The notes beneath the pieces are model-generated. The model did no database searches. It saw only the letters and a list, made by a program, of their open reading frames with translations, and was not told the origin of the DNA. From a virus, in IMG/VR virus record IMGVR_UViG_3300047311_000323, positions 1 through 64,000 of that record: DNA of 64,000 nt. One strand, 5' to 3'. Each line of letters begins with the position of its first letter. Positions within the stretch are counted from its first letter, which is position 1. The position numbers and the translations under genes are program-made. Shown here in pieces: positions 31,508-41,703 of the stretch.

Positions 31508-32599
31508 TTATGCCACCCATGAAATTTCAATGAAACCGGCTCCGCCCCAACCACCGAGACCGCCTTCATGAGTATTGTTAAAGTCCCAATTTTCACCACC
31601 GCCGCCTCCTCCGCCACCACCACCCCAAGTACCAGAGATGCCGTAGACAGCGAATGGATATCCATCAAACCCTTGAGCGCCTTGACCACCATTACCACCA
31701 GTTGAGATGGGATTGTTAGAGACGCCTCCAGCATGTCCACCGCCTGCTACAGAGTATTGGTTAGCAGCACGGTTAACTGAATGCGCTACGCCTTGTACAT
31801 AACCAGTAGCAAAAAATCCGCCCGGAGTTGCCATTGATTGAACAACTTGTGGGGCTGGGTTTGCTGTACCACTTAGAGCTGCGTTAGAACAGTCGCTTCC
31901 TGTTGCGAAAGACAATGAGTTAATGGAAATTAATCCACCTTCTTTACCGCCTTTACCACCAGGTAATACAAGACTTCCAAATATGCTAGCGGCCCCATCA
32001 GCACCAGGGTTACCCGCTCTAGATCCTCCACCGCTTACGATATTGGCTACACAGTTATTTGTTCCGCCAATACCGCCTTGTCCAACGGAGATGGGATAAG
32101 ATACACCAGGTGTAACAGCTACTACTTGTGTAATAGTAGGTGCAGCCCAACCACCACTACCACCATAAGCAAAATTAGTTTGGCTTCTTCCGCTAGAGCT
32201 TCCACCAGCGCCTCCGCCTCCACCGCCACCACATCCTGTAAGAATTACATATTTGATACCGGCTGGGCAAATCCAACTACCAACAGAAATAGATCCAATA
32301 GCCCCAATTTGGTAACCAGTGAATATGGTATTAGCACCACCAGTACAACCTAGAAACTGAGTGGCATTTGTATTGGTATATGTAACAGTTACGTAGGCAT
32401 AAACACCAAGTGAAGTAAGGGTTTGTACGCCTAGTTGTCCACTAGTTGGAAATCCTGCTGTAGAAACAACATTGATTGTTCCAGTAGGCAACGGTACGTT
32501 GTTAGAACCCGCAGTTATTGTTGTATATTGATTAAAACCCGCTCCAGCAGAAGATGTTGCAGGGGCGAATATTTGTTTGAAAAGTCTAGGGCTACTCAT
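31508..32599 (-). CDS. Glycine-rich tail fibre-like protein
   Basis: WICPAGIKYVILTGCGGGGGGGAGG ... GGGGGGGGG ... GGWGGAGFIEISW: the common phage Gly-rich fibre domain. Confidence 0.75.
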   Translation of the reverse strand: MSSPRLFKQIFAPATSSAGAGFNQYTTITAGSNNVPLPTGTINVVSTAGFPTSGQLGVQTLTSLGVYAYVTVTYTNTNATQFLGCTGGANTIFTGYQIGAIGSISVGSWICPAGIKYVILTGCGGGGGGGAGGSSSGRSQTNFAYGGSGGWAAPTITQVVAVTPGVSYPISVGQGGIGGTNNCVANIVSGGGSRAGNPGADGAASIFGSLVLPGGKGGKEGGLISINSLSFATGSDCSNAALSGTANPAPQVVQSMATPGGFFATGYVQGVAHSVNRAANQYSVAGGGHAGGVSNNPISTGGNGGQGAQGFDGYPFAVYGISGTWGGGGGGGGGGENWDFNNTHEGGLGGWGGAGFIEISWVA

Positions 32600-32608
32600 T
32601 GTTTACCT

Positions 32609-35600
32609 TTATACTATTGACCAGCCGTTTGTTCCAGCTACTAGTGTAACACAGCTAAATGGGGCTATCATAATGTAATCAACTGCAAGTCCATCTATTG
32701 TTTCAGTATTAACCGCTCTATGCAAAGTTACTGGACTTGCATCAAAGACTCCGGTAACATCTTTAATTGTTATTCTTCTGCCAGGCGGAGACAAACTAAT
32801 CTGTGGAAGATTGACTACCATGGCTGCCGATGGGGTGAGAAGAATGATATCATCATCTACGACAACTGTATAAGGTATTAATCCGTTACCAGTTGCTGTT
32901 CTGTTAGTTGGTTGGGTCGCTGGAGTATTTAGATTAGTCCTATATCTCCAAGACAGTGGCATACTCTTAACAAGATTCTGATCAGTGCCGTTGTAAGTAG
33001 AGCTATCAAAGAAGTTACCTAATACATCAACTGAACCAGTGGCCGGAGCTAGAATGTACCCGTTGGTAAGCGTAGTTCCTGACCTAAAGAAGAAGTTGTT
33101 GTTTATGAGTCCGTTGGTTGCATTAACTACTGAAATCATAGAGCTTGGTGCAGAAGTGGCACCACCGATAATGAATCTATTGCCTAGGAAGCTAAAGCTG
33201 TTGGGAGCAGCGCTGCCGGCTGTGATTGGAAGCATTGTTCCGATAGCATTCCAATTGACCGTACAGTTAAGCATGTTTCCAAGCACGCTCCAAGTTGTGC
33301 TAGTTGAGTTTAGATTAAATGTACAGTTGCTTACAGTACCGTTGAAATCAACAGTAATTGTTGCGCCGGTCGCAGCAACGTTAATGGTACAGTCTTTTGC
33401 AATGGTTCCACTGAAATTAATGCTCTCGGTAGCGCCATTCAAATTGATAGTGACATTCTCTAGTCTAGTATTAGCTAGGAACTGTAGTGGACCACCAGTA
33501 CCAGTGACATTGATTGTAGTATTGCTGATTAGCGTATTGAATGTAGTTAGATGTCCACCACCAGTTGGATTGAAATTGATGGTACATCCATTCATTGGAG
33601 AACCGTTGTAATCCAATGTCTGAACATTCAATGTGATGTTATCTAGGCCAACATTCAAAACTGACAAAGCACTGGTTGGACTAAAGGTAGTAGTACCATC
33701 ACCAGCTAATCTGGCTGGGTTGTTGAATGTCAATCCGCCAGCAGGGAAGCTAGTGAATAGACCTTTAACACGAACAGCACTATTGTAGCTGGCATTCAAG
33801 TTGAACCAAGATGCCAAAGCTTCGAAGCTTCTAAATTCTCCATTATTAGCATCTACACATAGGGTGGAAATTTCTCCCCAATCCTTTTTGTAAACAAACT
33901 TTCTTGCATCTTTAGCTGTTAGTGCAATAGTGGCAGAAGGACCAGAACCAGTAACAACAGAAGACACTATGTATAGAACAGTTAGGTCGGGTCTCTTATT
34001 GATTAAATCTGAGAAGAAAACGGCCGGCATGTTGTAGGTGTTTGAGCTAACCACATCAAAAGCCGTGAAAGTTCTAACAACTCCAGGAGTAACCAAAACA
34101 TTATCTGCATCTAACAATGGGATGGCGTCATAATCACCATCTCCGTTAATACATACTGCCCAGTTAATATTCCATAGATTGAAGTTGTAGGATTCTCTTA
34201 TAACAGGGATGTTAATTGAGTCGTTATTTATATCAATTATTTTACCATTGACTAGAACAACTCCACCACTTAGGTTTACAATGCCCTCAAGCCCACTGTA
34301 TACATTGAAGATATCGAATCCACGAATTGGCCCATTAGAGTGTAGTAACTTTTCCGGAATTGCCATGAAGTCAAATACCGAGTCACTCAAGTCCTTTTCG
34401 CTGATGTTTCCGAACTGTCGCCTGTCCACGATTTTGTTAACTGTTTGAGTTGTATCGTTAACTTGGCAAGTTCCAAGCAACATAAGCTCGGTATCTAGCT
34501 GTAGAGTTGGGAACAACTGGAAATCTAGTCTTTGATTTGTAAAATCAGTTAGAACGTTGCTGGAATCAAGAATGACATCAATGTAGTCTATGTTTGTTTC
34601 ATCATAGAATCTAATAATGTCGCCTCTCTTGCCCTGAGTGCGTGGACCGAAGTGTGTAAGGCTGGTGCCATCGTAGGAAGCTAAATATCCGTCGAATAAT
34701 CCCGAAGTGCTGCTGTAGCTGAACATATTCAGAGTGATCTTGTTTACAGATCCGAACTGATATCCTCTTAGCTTTGGAGAGATAGCAACAATATCCAACT
34801 TGGCAAGCTGAACATATCCAAATAGCGTAGTTCCGTTGACGGTAATGTTGTTTCCGCTAACGGTAAATCTTCCTCTTTCATGAGTGAATGTTTTACCAAG
34901 TTGGTTTACATAAACCTCAAAGTGTTTCTTGAATGGAGTGACAACAGTAAAGTCTGTTGCCGACTCAGCATTGAAAGATACAGAGTCCGAGCAGAAGTAA
35001 ACAGCAACAGGCGCGAATGGCTGCAATGTTACAGATGGCGAGAATCCTGCTGCATGTACCGAGTCATATACGGTAATGTCTGTATAAACGTTCGGCGCAC
35101 AATTGAAATTTACCGACTGTATAATGAAGCGTCCAAAATCAATCAAACCGCCAGAGCCAAGCGACTGGACAACAATCGTTTTTCCAACTTTAAGACCAGT
35201 TGTATCTAAATTGAGTGGAATACGATAAGTTGTCTGGACTCTTCCTACTTGAACCTGTACGTTCTGTAGAGTGGCTACCCAGTAACCGTCTCCGTATCCA
35301 TCCAATGCCTGTGAATCCTCAATAGCTAATCTTTCTGTTTCAGAACCATTGACATAGTAGTTGTTTCTTCGAAGAGGAACAAATAGCTTCGTTGGGTTTA
35401 GAGCTGCTGCCGATGAACCATAAGAGGTCATAAATGGCGGGCTGGCCACACCAGATCCGGTTGAACCAAATCCTAACGGATCAGGAGCGACTGTTCCTAC
35501 TACTGGAACTACCGAGATTACGTTGTTAGGGAAGTGAAGACTATTCTCTAGTGTACTGATAGAACCGTCAGGAGCAATTACCGTACTAACGATAGAAAAC

Positions 35601-37153
35601 GCACTGTTGTGGTATGAGTCTGCTAGACAAATACCAAACTCTCCACCTGAATTAAAGGCAGTAAATCTATAGTTGAAACCAACTGCGCGGAAAGCATTGT
35701 TAGTTGATTGAACAATGGATTCAATTGAGTAAAGCCCTGGTGTCTTACCTTGATTTCCAGTTACGTCAATGCCTGGTAAGAAGGTATAACCATCTACAGC
35801 GTGTCCTGTTGGATAGAATGCTAAGTATAACAGATAGTGAGTTTCATCAAACTGATCTGGGTCAAAACCAACACCGGTAGCTTGGGCGCCACGTGGGTTG
35901 TTGACAATTAGGCTTGGTGTGCCGCTAAACTGATTGTTAACTGCGGAAAGTGATAGCTCGCCATACTTATTGTTGTTGGCTAATGGCCTATCGATTCTGG
36001 CAATAGCATTTGGTGAATAAGCTTGGTTTTTACCAGCAATTCTAACCAAGTATTTCTTGCTACCCATGGTTGGGCTGTACTTCTTCTCTTTGATGACGTA
36101 TGGGACTTCAATGTTGTATCCGTCACCATAGTGAACCCTAATGATATCTCCTGGTCTAACAAGAGCGAAGAGAGAGTCGAAGTAGCTGGAGTTTTGATCA
36201 GCTAGAGGTGGGTTAAAGACAACAATGTCATCACCAGAGTTGATATCATCAAACGGGCTGCTGTTGTTTCCAATGTTGAGCAAATAAGCAATAGCTGGAG
36301 TAGGCGGAACAACGAATTGTCCATATCCGTCTACAGTCAGATTGGAAGACTGAGAAACTCTAGAGATACCACTGCTGTACAAGTTTTGAATTCTTGTTCC
36401 TAGCAAGAAGATGCTTTGGCTATCAATGTAGTCAGCAAACAACTGTAGGTTGTCTAACGTTTGTGGGATGTTATTGAATCTGCTAGGGTCGATGAAAATG
36501 CCACTACCAACGTGAGCAAAGTATGTTGAATATACAGAGCCGTTGTTTGTAGTGATGATATTACGGATACCGAATGGAGAGCCATCCGCCCATTGATGAG
36601 CTAGAAGTTCTGCGTTCATATCTGCAACTACAGTGTAAGATTGAGTGTTATCTCTTAGTACACGTAAATTGTTCTTTAGGAATTGGTTGGTGTTATTGCT
36701 AACGTCAATTTGATCCATCGTGTGACGATAGATGGCACCAATTAGATGTGGCTCAAGCTTGATGCCCTCAGTGTTAATCCAACCAAGGACGGTGTTTACA
36801 TCGAGAACTAAATCTCTGGTGTAGTTGAACAAGTCTTGAGTTCTGAAATCTAGACGTAATTTAGATTCTGGGATTCCAGCAGCCTCTGCAATTTGGTCAT
36901 TTCTGATTGGAAGAGTAACTAATCCTAAACTGGTGATGACAGAAGCATTCGGCGTTCCATCTGGGTTAATGAAAACTCCCAAACGAGCGGCCAATGATGG
37001 GGCGCTACCAGCAATGTTAGTTCCCAATGCAGTTTCAATTTGGACAACAGCATCCCTTAAAGCATTGATGGCCTCTCCACCAATCTCTGTAAGATTGTCA
37101 TTAACCGCTGGCAGCGTTGAATCATCATCAATGTTGTTTGGATAGTTACTCAT
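32609..37153 (-). CDS. Large tail fibre/structural protein
   Basis: 1514 aa; N-terminal YPNNIDDDSTLP; beta-helix-like Asn/Thr repeats near residues 1150-1400; C-terminal VVNLP...GRRITIKD...ETIDG fibre-tip motif. Confidence 0.65.
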   Translation of the reverse strand: MSNYPNNIDDDSTLPAVNDNLTEIGGEAINALRDAVVQIETALGTNIAGSAPSLAARLGVFINPDGTPNASVITSLGLVTLPIRNDQIAEAAGIPESKLRLDFRTQDLFNYTRDLVLDVNTVLGWINTEGIKLEPHLIGAIYRHTMDQIDVSNNTNQFLKNNLRVLRDNTQSYTVVADMNAELLAHQWADGSPFGIRNIITTNNGSVYSTYFAHVGSGIFIDPSRFNNIPQTLDNLQLFADYIDSQSIFLLGTRIQNLYSSGISRVSQSSNLTVDGYGQFVVPPTPAIAYLLNIGNNSSPFDDINSGDDIVVFNPPLADQNSSYFDSLFALVRPGDIIRVHYGDGYNIEVPYVIKEKKYSPTMGSKKYLVRIAGKNQAYSPNAIARIDRPLANNNKYGELSLSAVNNQFSGTPSLIVNNPRGAQATGVGFDPDQFDETHYLLYLAFYPTGHAVDGYTFLPGIDVTGNQGKTPGLYSIESIVQSTNNAFRAVGFNYRFTAFNSGGEFGICLADSYHNSAFSIVSTVIAPDGSISTLENSLHFPNNVISVVPVVGTVAPDPLGFGSTGSGVASPPFMTSYGSSAAALNPTKLFVPLRRNNYYVNGSETERLAIEDSQALDGYGDGYWVATLQNVQVQVGRVQTTYRIPLNLDTTGLKVGKTIVVQSLGSGGLIDFGRFIIQSVNFNCAPNVYTDITVYDSVHAAGFSPSVTLQPFAPVAVYFCSDSVSFNAESATDFTVVTPFKKHFEVYVNQLGKTFTHERGRFTVSGNNITVNGTTLFGYVQLAKLDIVAISPKLRGYQFGSVNKITLNMFSYSSTSGLFDGYLASYDGTSLTHFGPRTQGKRGDIIRFYDETNIDYIDVILDSSNVLTDFTNQRLDFQLFPTLQLDTELMLLGTCQVNDTTQTVNKIVDRRQFGNISEKDLSDSVFDFMAIPEKLLHSNGPIRGFDIFNVYSGLEGIVNLSGGVVLVNGKIIDINNDSINIPVIRESYNFNLWNINWAVCINGDGDYDAIPLLDADNVLVTPGVVRTFTAFDVVSSNTYNMPAVFFSDLINKRPDLTVLYIVSSVVTGSGPSATIALTAKDARKFVYKKDWGEISTLCVDANNGEFRSFEALASWFNLNASYNSAVRVKGLFTSFPAGGLTFNNPARLAGDGTTTFSPTSALSVLNVGLDNITLNVQTLDYNGSPMNGCTINFNPTGGGHLTTFNTLISNTTINVTGTGGPLQFLANTRLENVTINLNGATESINFSGTIAKDCTINVAATGATITVDFNGTVSNCTFNLNSTSTTWSVLGNMLNCTVNWNAIGTMLPITAGSAAPNSFSFLGNRFIIGGATSAPSSMISVVNATNGLINNNFFFRSGTTLTNGYILAPATGSVDVLGNFFDSSTYNGTDQNLVKSMPLSWRYRTNLNTPATQPTNRTATGNGLIPYTVVVDDDIILLTPSAAMVVNLPQISLSPPGRRITIKDVTGVFDASPVTLHRAVNTETIDGLAVDYIMIAPFSCVTLVAGTNGWSIV

Positions 37154-37181
37154 TATTCACCAATTATATAACTAAAAAGTC

Positions 37182-37646
37182 TTAGACTTGTCCTCTAGTT
37201 GGCAAATGTTCTGGCGGTATTTGTTCAGTTGGAACATCTTGATCAGAATTTACATTTGCATTTCTATTTCTATTACCCGAAAATCCTTGAGCAAAATTTG
37301 CAATCTTTTGATAGAACAAAGCCTTGATTGTACGGTACATTAGAGTAGAAAAAGTGCCAGCAACTAATCCAAAAATGATTCTATCTCCTCTTTGGACAAT
37401 TCCGGCGGCATTTGCAGTGAATCCTGGATAAGGAAACGTTTTAAGTAGGATGGCCGCTACCACTCCAAGTACAATTGGCATGATAGGAAGAACTAAGTGA
37501 TTCCATAGATTAGAGGTAGTTAAGTCTTTCTTAGCAACAGTGGCCAAGTACTCGACTATTAGGCGGAAAACGTACATTACCGTAGCTACAGCTAGTCCGA
37601 AGAAGACGAACTGCCAGCTCAGTAGAACTTGCAGAATTGGATCCAT
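37182..37646 (-). CDS. Membrane protein, holin-like (about 3 hydrophobic segments)
   Basis: Three hydrophobic stretches and a polar C-terminal tail. Confidence 0.5.
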   Translation of the reverse strand: MDPILQVLLSWQFVFFGLAVATVMYVFRLIVEYLATVAKKDLTTSNLWNHLVLPIMPIVLGVVAAILLKTFPYPGFTANAAGIVQRGDRIIFGLVAGTFSTLMYRTIKALFYQKIANFAQGFSGNRNRNANVNSDQDVPTEQIPPEHLPTRGQV

Positions 37647-37717
37647 AAAAAACTCCTTGCCGGGAAACCCTTGCAGATATACGAAAGAATTGATATGGGA
37701 AGCGGAAACTTAAGTAT

Positions 37718-39469
37718 TTACTGGGACTTCGAGTCAACCATTAGTCTCCATCTTAGACTGCTGTTATCCCAAACTACTTCGGCCCCATATCCGTCTGCAC
37801 CTACAATGTATTGAGAGTTAGCTGCTCCGAAGAATCTAATTCTATTATTGCTAGTGCTATTAGTATCTTCGTTAGAAATGATCAGCCTAGATGTACTAGT
37901 AGAAAGTAGGGCAATCTTTCTAATAGTTGATGCAGATGAAGGGGCGGCTGGCGCTACAAGGCCGCTGAGTAAAATGTCAGTAGCGGCACCGTCACCAGTA
38001 AATCTGATAACGACTGCTGGATTGCTGCTACCATCTGAGGTTGCTACGTTATTTAGCTGACCTGCTCCAGACTGGTCTATTCTTACTTCAGTAGCAGGTA
38101 GGTTTACAGTGGCCCATTCTAAATCTGTAGCACCAACATTAGTTCTAAGAACCTGTAGAGACGCGCCTCTAGCAAAACGAACGAAATTAGTACCATTGCT
38201 TCTGAGAATATCACCTACGGCAGTGGCAGTATCAGTGATAGTGTTATTAGATGCGTTAATGGTTTTGTTTGTTAGTATATCTGTAGTTCCCTGAGCAACT
38301 AAGGTATCGTTTGCGTTTGGCAAAATAAGAGTCTTGTTGGAGGCAGAGGGGGACCATGATAAGTCTCCAGTAATACCACCGTTTTTGTACTGTATAGATG
38401 CGTCTGTTTGGAATTTACCACCAGTATATCTAATGTTAGCAGTTGCAGCGGCATCAAAGACACCGGCAGTTACCGTTGCGAAACCCGTTCCAGATGGCGT
38501 GCTGCCAGATGGAGTAAAGTAACCCAGCGTACCGGCCGAAACGCCTAGGAACGTACCGTTGGCTCCCTTAGCTAGTCTAGTGAATTTAGTTCCAGAAATT
38601 ATAGCTAGAATATCACCAAGAGCAGCGCTGGTATCAGTAATGGTATTGTTAGTTGCGTTAACAGTCTTGTTGGTTAGTACATCTGTAGTTGTTAGTGTAA
38701 CTAAGGTATCTGTGACATCTGGGAAAGTGATAGTTTTGTTAGTGCCCGTTGGAACCCAATGCAAATTTCCTGTGATAGCACCATTCTTGTATTGAATGTC
38801 TACATCTGTTTGAAACACAGTAGTGTAACGGATGTTGGCAGTGGCTGTAGCGTCATAAGTTCCAGCCGTCAATGTAGCAAAACCAGTACCAGATGGAGAG
38901 CTTGGAATACCGGTTGGCAACCAAGTTGATCCGTTCCAAACTAGTGCTTGTCCAGGGTTTGGGGCGGTAGCGCTAACTGGACGAGTTTGAAGTCCAGTGA
39001 CTACAGGAGAGCTGGCAGTACCACCATTTAGGTCCCCAAGAAGTTTGATGGTTCCAAAAACGGCATTGGTAGCATTAGTAAGAACACCAGGTGCCCAGTT
39101 AGAACCGTTCCATGTCAAAATATTGTTGAGCGTTGGGGTCGTGTTACTGACCGGGAATCCCTGTAAACCACTGACCTTAGGATTTAAAGCAGTAGTTCCT
39201 GTTCCAAATAAGTCTCCGCCTAATTGAATAACACCTTTACTTGCCGTAGTAGCGTCAGGCACAGATGGAACAATGATAGTACCAGCCAAAGCAGCAATAG
39301 CTGTTTGAACATCCGTTATGTTGGTGGAACCAATCAAAATCGGTGGTGATAAATCGATAGAGCCTGCGACATGCCTAAAATCACTGCCCTCGACATGATG
39401 TTGAAAATCATATCGATCTGTGACTAGGTGGCCTACGCCTGGCTTAAAGTTAGGGTTTATTGGACTCAT
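37718..39469 (-). CDS. Tail fibre protein with internal tandem repeats
   Basis: Two copies of GxIxLxGDLxG(T)...PxVxGLQ...LxWNGSxWxP and two copies of PSGTGFAT..AG..DA.ATANIRYT...TNKT.NA.NNTITDT. Confidence 0.7.
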   Translation of the reverse strand: MSPINPNFKPGVGHLVTDRYDFQHHVEGSDFRHVAGSIDLSPPILIGSTNITDVQTAIAALAGTIIVPSVPDATTASKGVIQLGGDLFGTGTTALNPKVSGLQGFPVSNTTPTLNNILTWNGSNWAPGVLTNATNAVFGTIKLLGDLNGGTASSPVVTGLQTRPVSATAPNPGQALVWNGSTWLPTGIPSSPSGTGFATLTAGTYDATATANIRYTTVFQTDVDIQYKNGAITGNLHWVPTGTNKTITFPDVTDTLVTLTTTDVLTNKTVNATNNTITDTSAALGDILAIISGTKFTRLAKGANGTFLGVSAGTLGYFTPSGSTPSGTGFATVTAGVFDAAATANIRYTGGKFQTDASIQYKNGGITGDLSWSPSASNKTLILPNANDTLVAQGTTDILTNKTINASNNTITDTATAVGDILRSNGTNFVRFARGASLQVLRTNVGATDLEWATVNLPATEVRIDQSGAGQLNNVATSDGSSNPAVVIRFTGDGAATDILLSGLVAPAAPSSASTIRKIALLSTSTSRLIISNEDTNSTSNNRIRFFGAANSQYIVGADGYGAEVVWDNSSLRWRLMVDSKSQ

Positions 39470-39509
39470 TTATTCGCCTTAAATTCTAGTAATATGCAAG
39501 CTTATTGCA

Positions 39510-41087
39510 TTACGGCAAGATGATTGTATGAGTATGTCCTAGAACTTCCATTACTTGACCATTTACAATCGGGTGGTTATGACCTTGTGAGAGGGCAGTA
39601 GTTTGATTTATCTGAGAAACTGACAAAACCTTTTCATTTATGACAATCTCGTGGCTGTGTGGCGGGATTCCAGGAGTAAATCCAAGGCTGGTATTGAGCT
39701 TGGATGGGAAATCAGCCGTATTCCTAAAAATACGAATCTGGTAAGCCACATCAGTCTTACGAACTCTAAAGGTCTTAAGATGTTGACCGCCATCCAAACC
39801 ATTGATAGTATTATTCCTTATTACATCAGAAACTTCATATCTAAACTCTTCATTATCATCCTGATCAAATAGAACTAAGATATCTCTAGTCTTAATTGTA
39901 GGAACTGTTAATGTCCATATATCCAATGGGAATTCAGATTCCATTCCAGCTTCATGCATTTTGAGATTTTCAGCAGTTGGACCTGGTCTGACCAAAATTC
40001 TTCCATCAGAATGACGAGGATCAAAGTACTGTTCATATCCAAAGACAAACTTGGTGCCATAGCAGAATGGACAACGGTCATCTGGGTATTCACTAGATGC
40101 TAGATAGCAAGAACAAGTTATACCTGTCTGTACTCTTCTAATCAAAACAGCAGGACGACCTGTTACAGATAAGAGTATGTCTTGACGCTGAGTATTTTGA
40201 TCTTGTAGTGACATTCCACGGAAGATATTGAAATTTCCATAGGCGTCAATACATCCTTGCTCTCCACCAATGTAGCTTCCGACACAAGTGCCATTTAGCA
40301 ATAGAACTGGATCAGTTCTGTGATAACCAGAATAATCATATGGCGGAAAAGTTACGTTAGCAGCATCCGCAGCACTTAAGTCTGTTGACAAGTAATCTTT
40401 AGCAACTTGGTGATATCCATCAAGGATAGTAAATGGGAAATTAGGATATTCAAATCTAGATTGGCAAGCAAAAATCGCATCCCATCCTGAATCTTCTTCA
40501 ATGGCAAATACGCTAACGATTGGACTCCAGGTATTGTATCCATCATAGCCTGATACTGTGTGCAAAGTAATAGGAGTAAAGTTGATTCCTCTACCATTGA
40601 TTGGAACAATCAAATTTTTGTTGACAGGGTCGACTGCTAAGTATTGAATAAGCTCAACACCTACTCTAATGAATCCGTTTCCAGGGAATCCATCGACATC
40701 TACTAACGGAATGATTAGATCAGTAGCTGTAATATCGCTACGCAACATGCTGCTTGGATAGAAGCGAACGTTGTCATGAGAAACCGGAAGGTTCTGTAAA
40801 AAGTTAACAAAAGTTGGGTTGTACTCTACTGGCCTCATAGAGAACCAATAATCTTGGCCTGGAGTTAGATCAATGATGTTAGCTGACGTAGCACCATCAA
40901 CAATAACGAACTTAACCCCTTCGGTAAAGATGGTTCGTCTATCTGTAGAATAATACAGATGATAAGCTATCTTGTTTGTGTACGTGTCGGGCTGTGCAGG
41001 AAACCAAGCCATATTTATGGTATGACCGTCTCCGAGGGACGTAACTGCGTCCAAACCAGACATGATAGGGTTAGAGTAATGAACCAT
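39510..41087 (-). CDS. Head closure/neck protein with extra domains
   Basis: VLIRRVQTGITCSCY...CPFCYGTKFVFGY and WTLTVPTIKTRDILV...RYEV resemble head-closure proteins; FN3-like N-terminus; His-rich C-terminus. Confidence 0.55.
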   Translation of the reverse strand: MVHYSNPIMSGLDAVTSLGDGHTINMAWFPAQPDTYTNKIAYHLYYSTDRRTIFTEGVKFVIVDGATSANIIDLTPGQDYWFSMRPVEYNPTFVNFLQNLPVSHDNVRFYPSSMLRSDITATDLIIPLVDVDGFPGNGFIRVGVELIQYLAVDPVNKNLIVPINGRGINFTPITLHTVSGYDGYNTWSPIVSVFAIEEDSGWDAIFACQSRFEYPNFPFTILDGYHQVAKDYLSTDLSAADAANVTFPPYDYSGYHRTDPVLLLNGTCVGSYIGGEQGCIDAYGNFNIFRGMSLQDQNTQRQDILLSVTGRPAVLIRRVQTGITCSCYLASSEYPDDRCPFCYGTKFVFGYEQYFDPRHSDGRILVRPGPTAENLKMHEAGMESEFPLDIWTLTVPTIKTRDILVLFDQDDNEEFRYEVSDVIRNNTINGLDGGQHLKTFRVRKTDVAYQIRIFRNTADFPSKLNTSLGFTPGIPPHSHEIVINEKVLSVSQINQTTALSQGHNHPIVNGQVMEVLGHTHTIILP

Positions 41088-41141
41088 GGTACCCTAATTC
41101 GATTTTATTAGCCGACGGCTGGACAAGCTGGCGCGGAATGA

Positions 41142-41666
41142 TTAAACTTTTGCCATCAAGGTCTCTTTCTTTTCTTCGACCTCTTTTTTACTTTCAACTT
41201 CGTGGTGTTCGAGCAAATCATCAACATATTGTTCAGCTTCTTGATCACCAAACTGGTCGGCAATGTACTGTACCTGGTTCTGGAATCCTTCTTGCTCATA
41301 TGGGTTGTCCAAATAGCTTCCGTCATCCGAACTCTTGGTAGCTTTAGTGCCGGTCGTCTGCTGTAGCCAGTGAGTCATCTCATGGACGCCATAGGAAAAG
41401 TCCTTGAACCAATCACCATCCGTCAATAGCTTGTAATTGTAAATAATAACACCATGATCTGTCTTGGCAGATACATCTAAGTTGCCAAACATCATTGGAA
41501 TATAATCGATTTCAGAAATATCCACTTTATACTCGTCAAACATCTTCTGGACTACCTCATTTTGCTTGAGGTACTCGCGCATTTTCTTAATCATCCTATT
41601 TAAAGACTTGTAAGGCAGCTTTTTGATTTGAGAAAGTGGAATTTTCTCTTCACCTTTGGAACTCAT
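41142..41666 (-). CDS. HExxH zinc metallopeptidase-like protein
   Basis: VHEMTHWLQQ plus downstream YLDNPYEQEG (candidate third Zn ligand Glu). Confidence 0.65.
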   Translation of the reverse strand: MSSKGEEKIPLSQIKKLPYKSLNRMIKKMREYLKQNEVVQKMFDEYKVDISEIDYIPMMFGNLDVSAKTDHGVIIYNYKLLTDGDWFKDFSYGVHEMTHWLQQTTGTKATKSSDDGSYLDNPYEQEGFQNQVQYIADQFGDQEAEQYVDDLLEHHEVESKKEVEEKKETLMAKV

Positions 41667-41671
41667 ACTAG

Positions 41672-41691
41672 ATATGGATAAATATCCATAT
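41672..41691. promoter_or_regulatory. Palindrome between divergent peptidase and 2H genes (operator-like)
   Basis: ATATGGATA-AA-TATCCATAT perfect 9-bp inverted repeat in a 37-nt divergent gap. Confidence 0.4.
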
Positions 41692-41703
41692 TATCGAGGA
41701 CAC

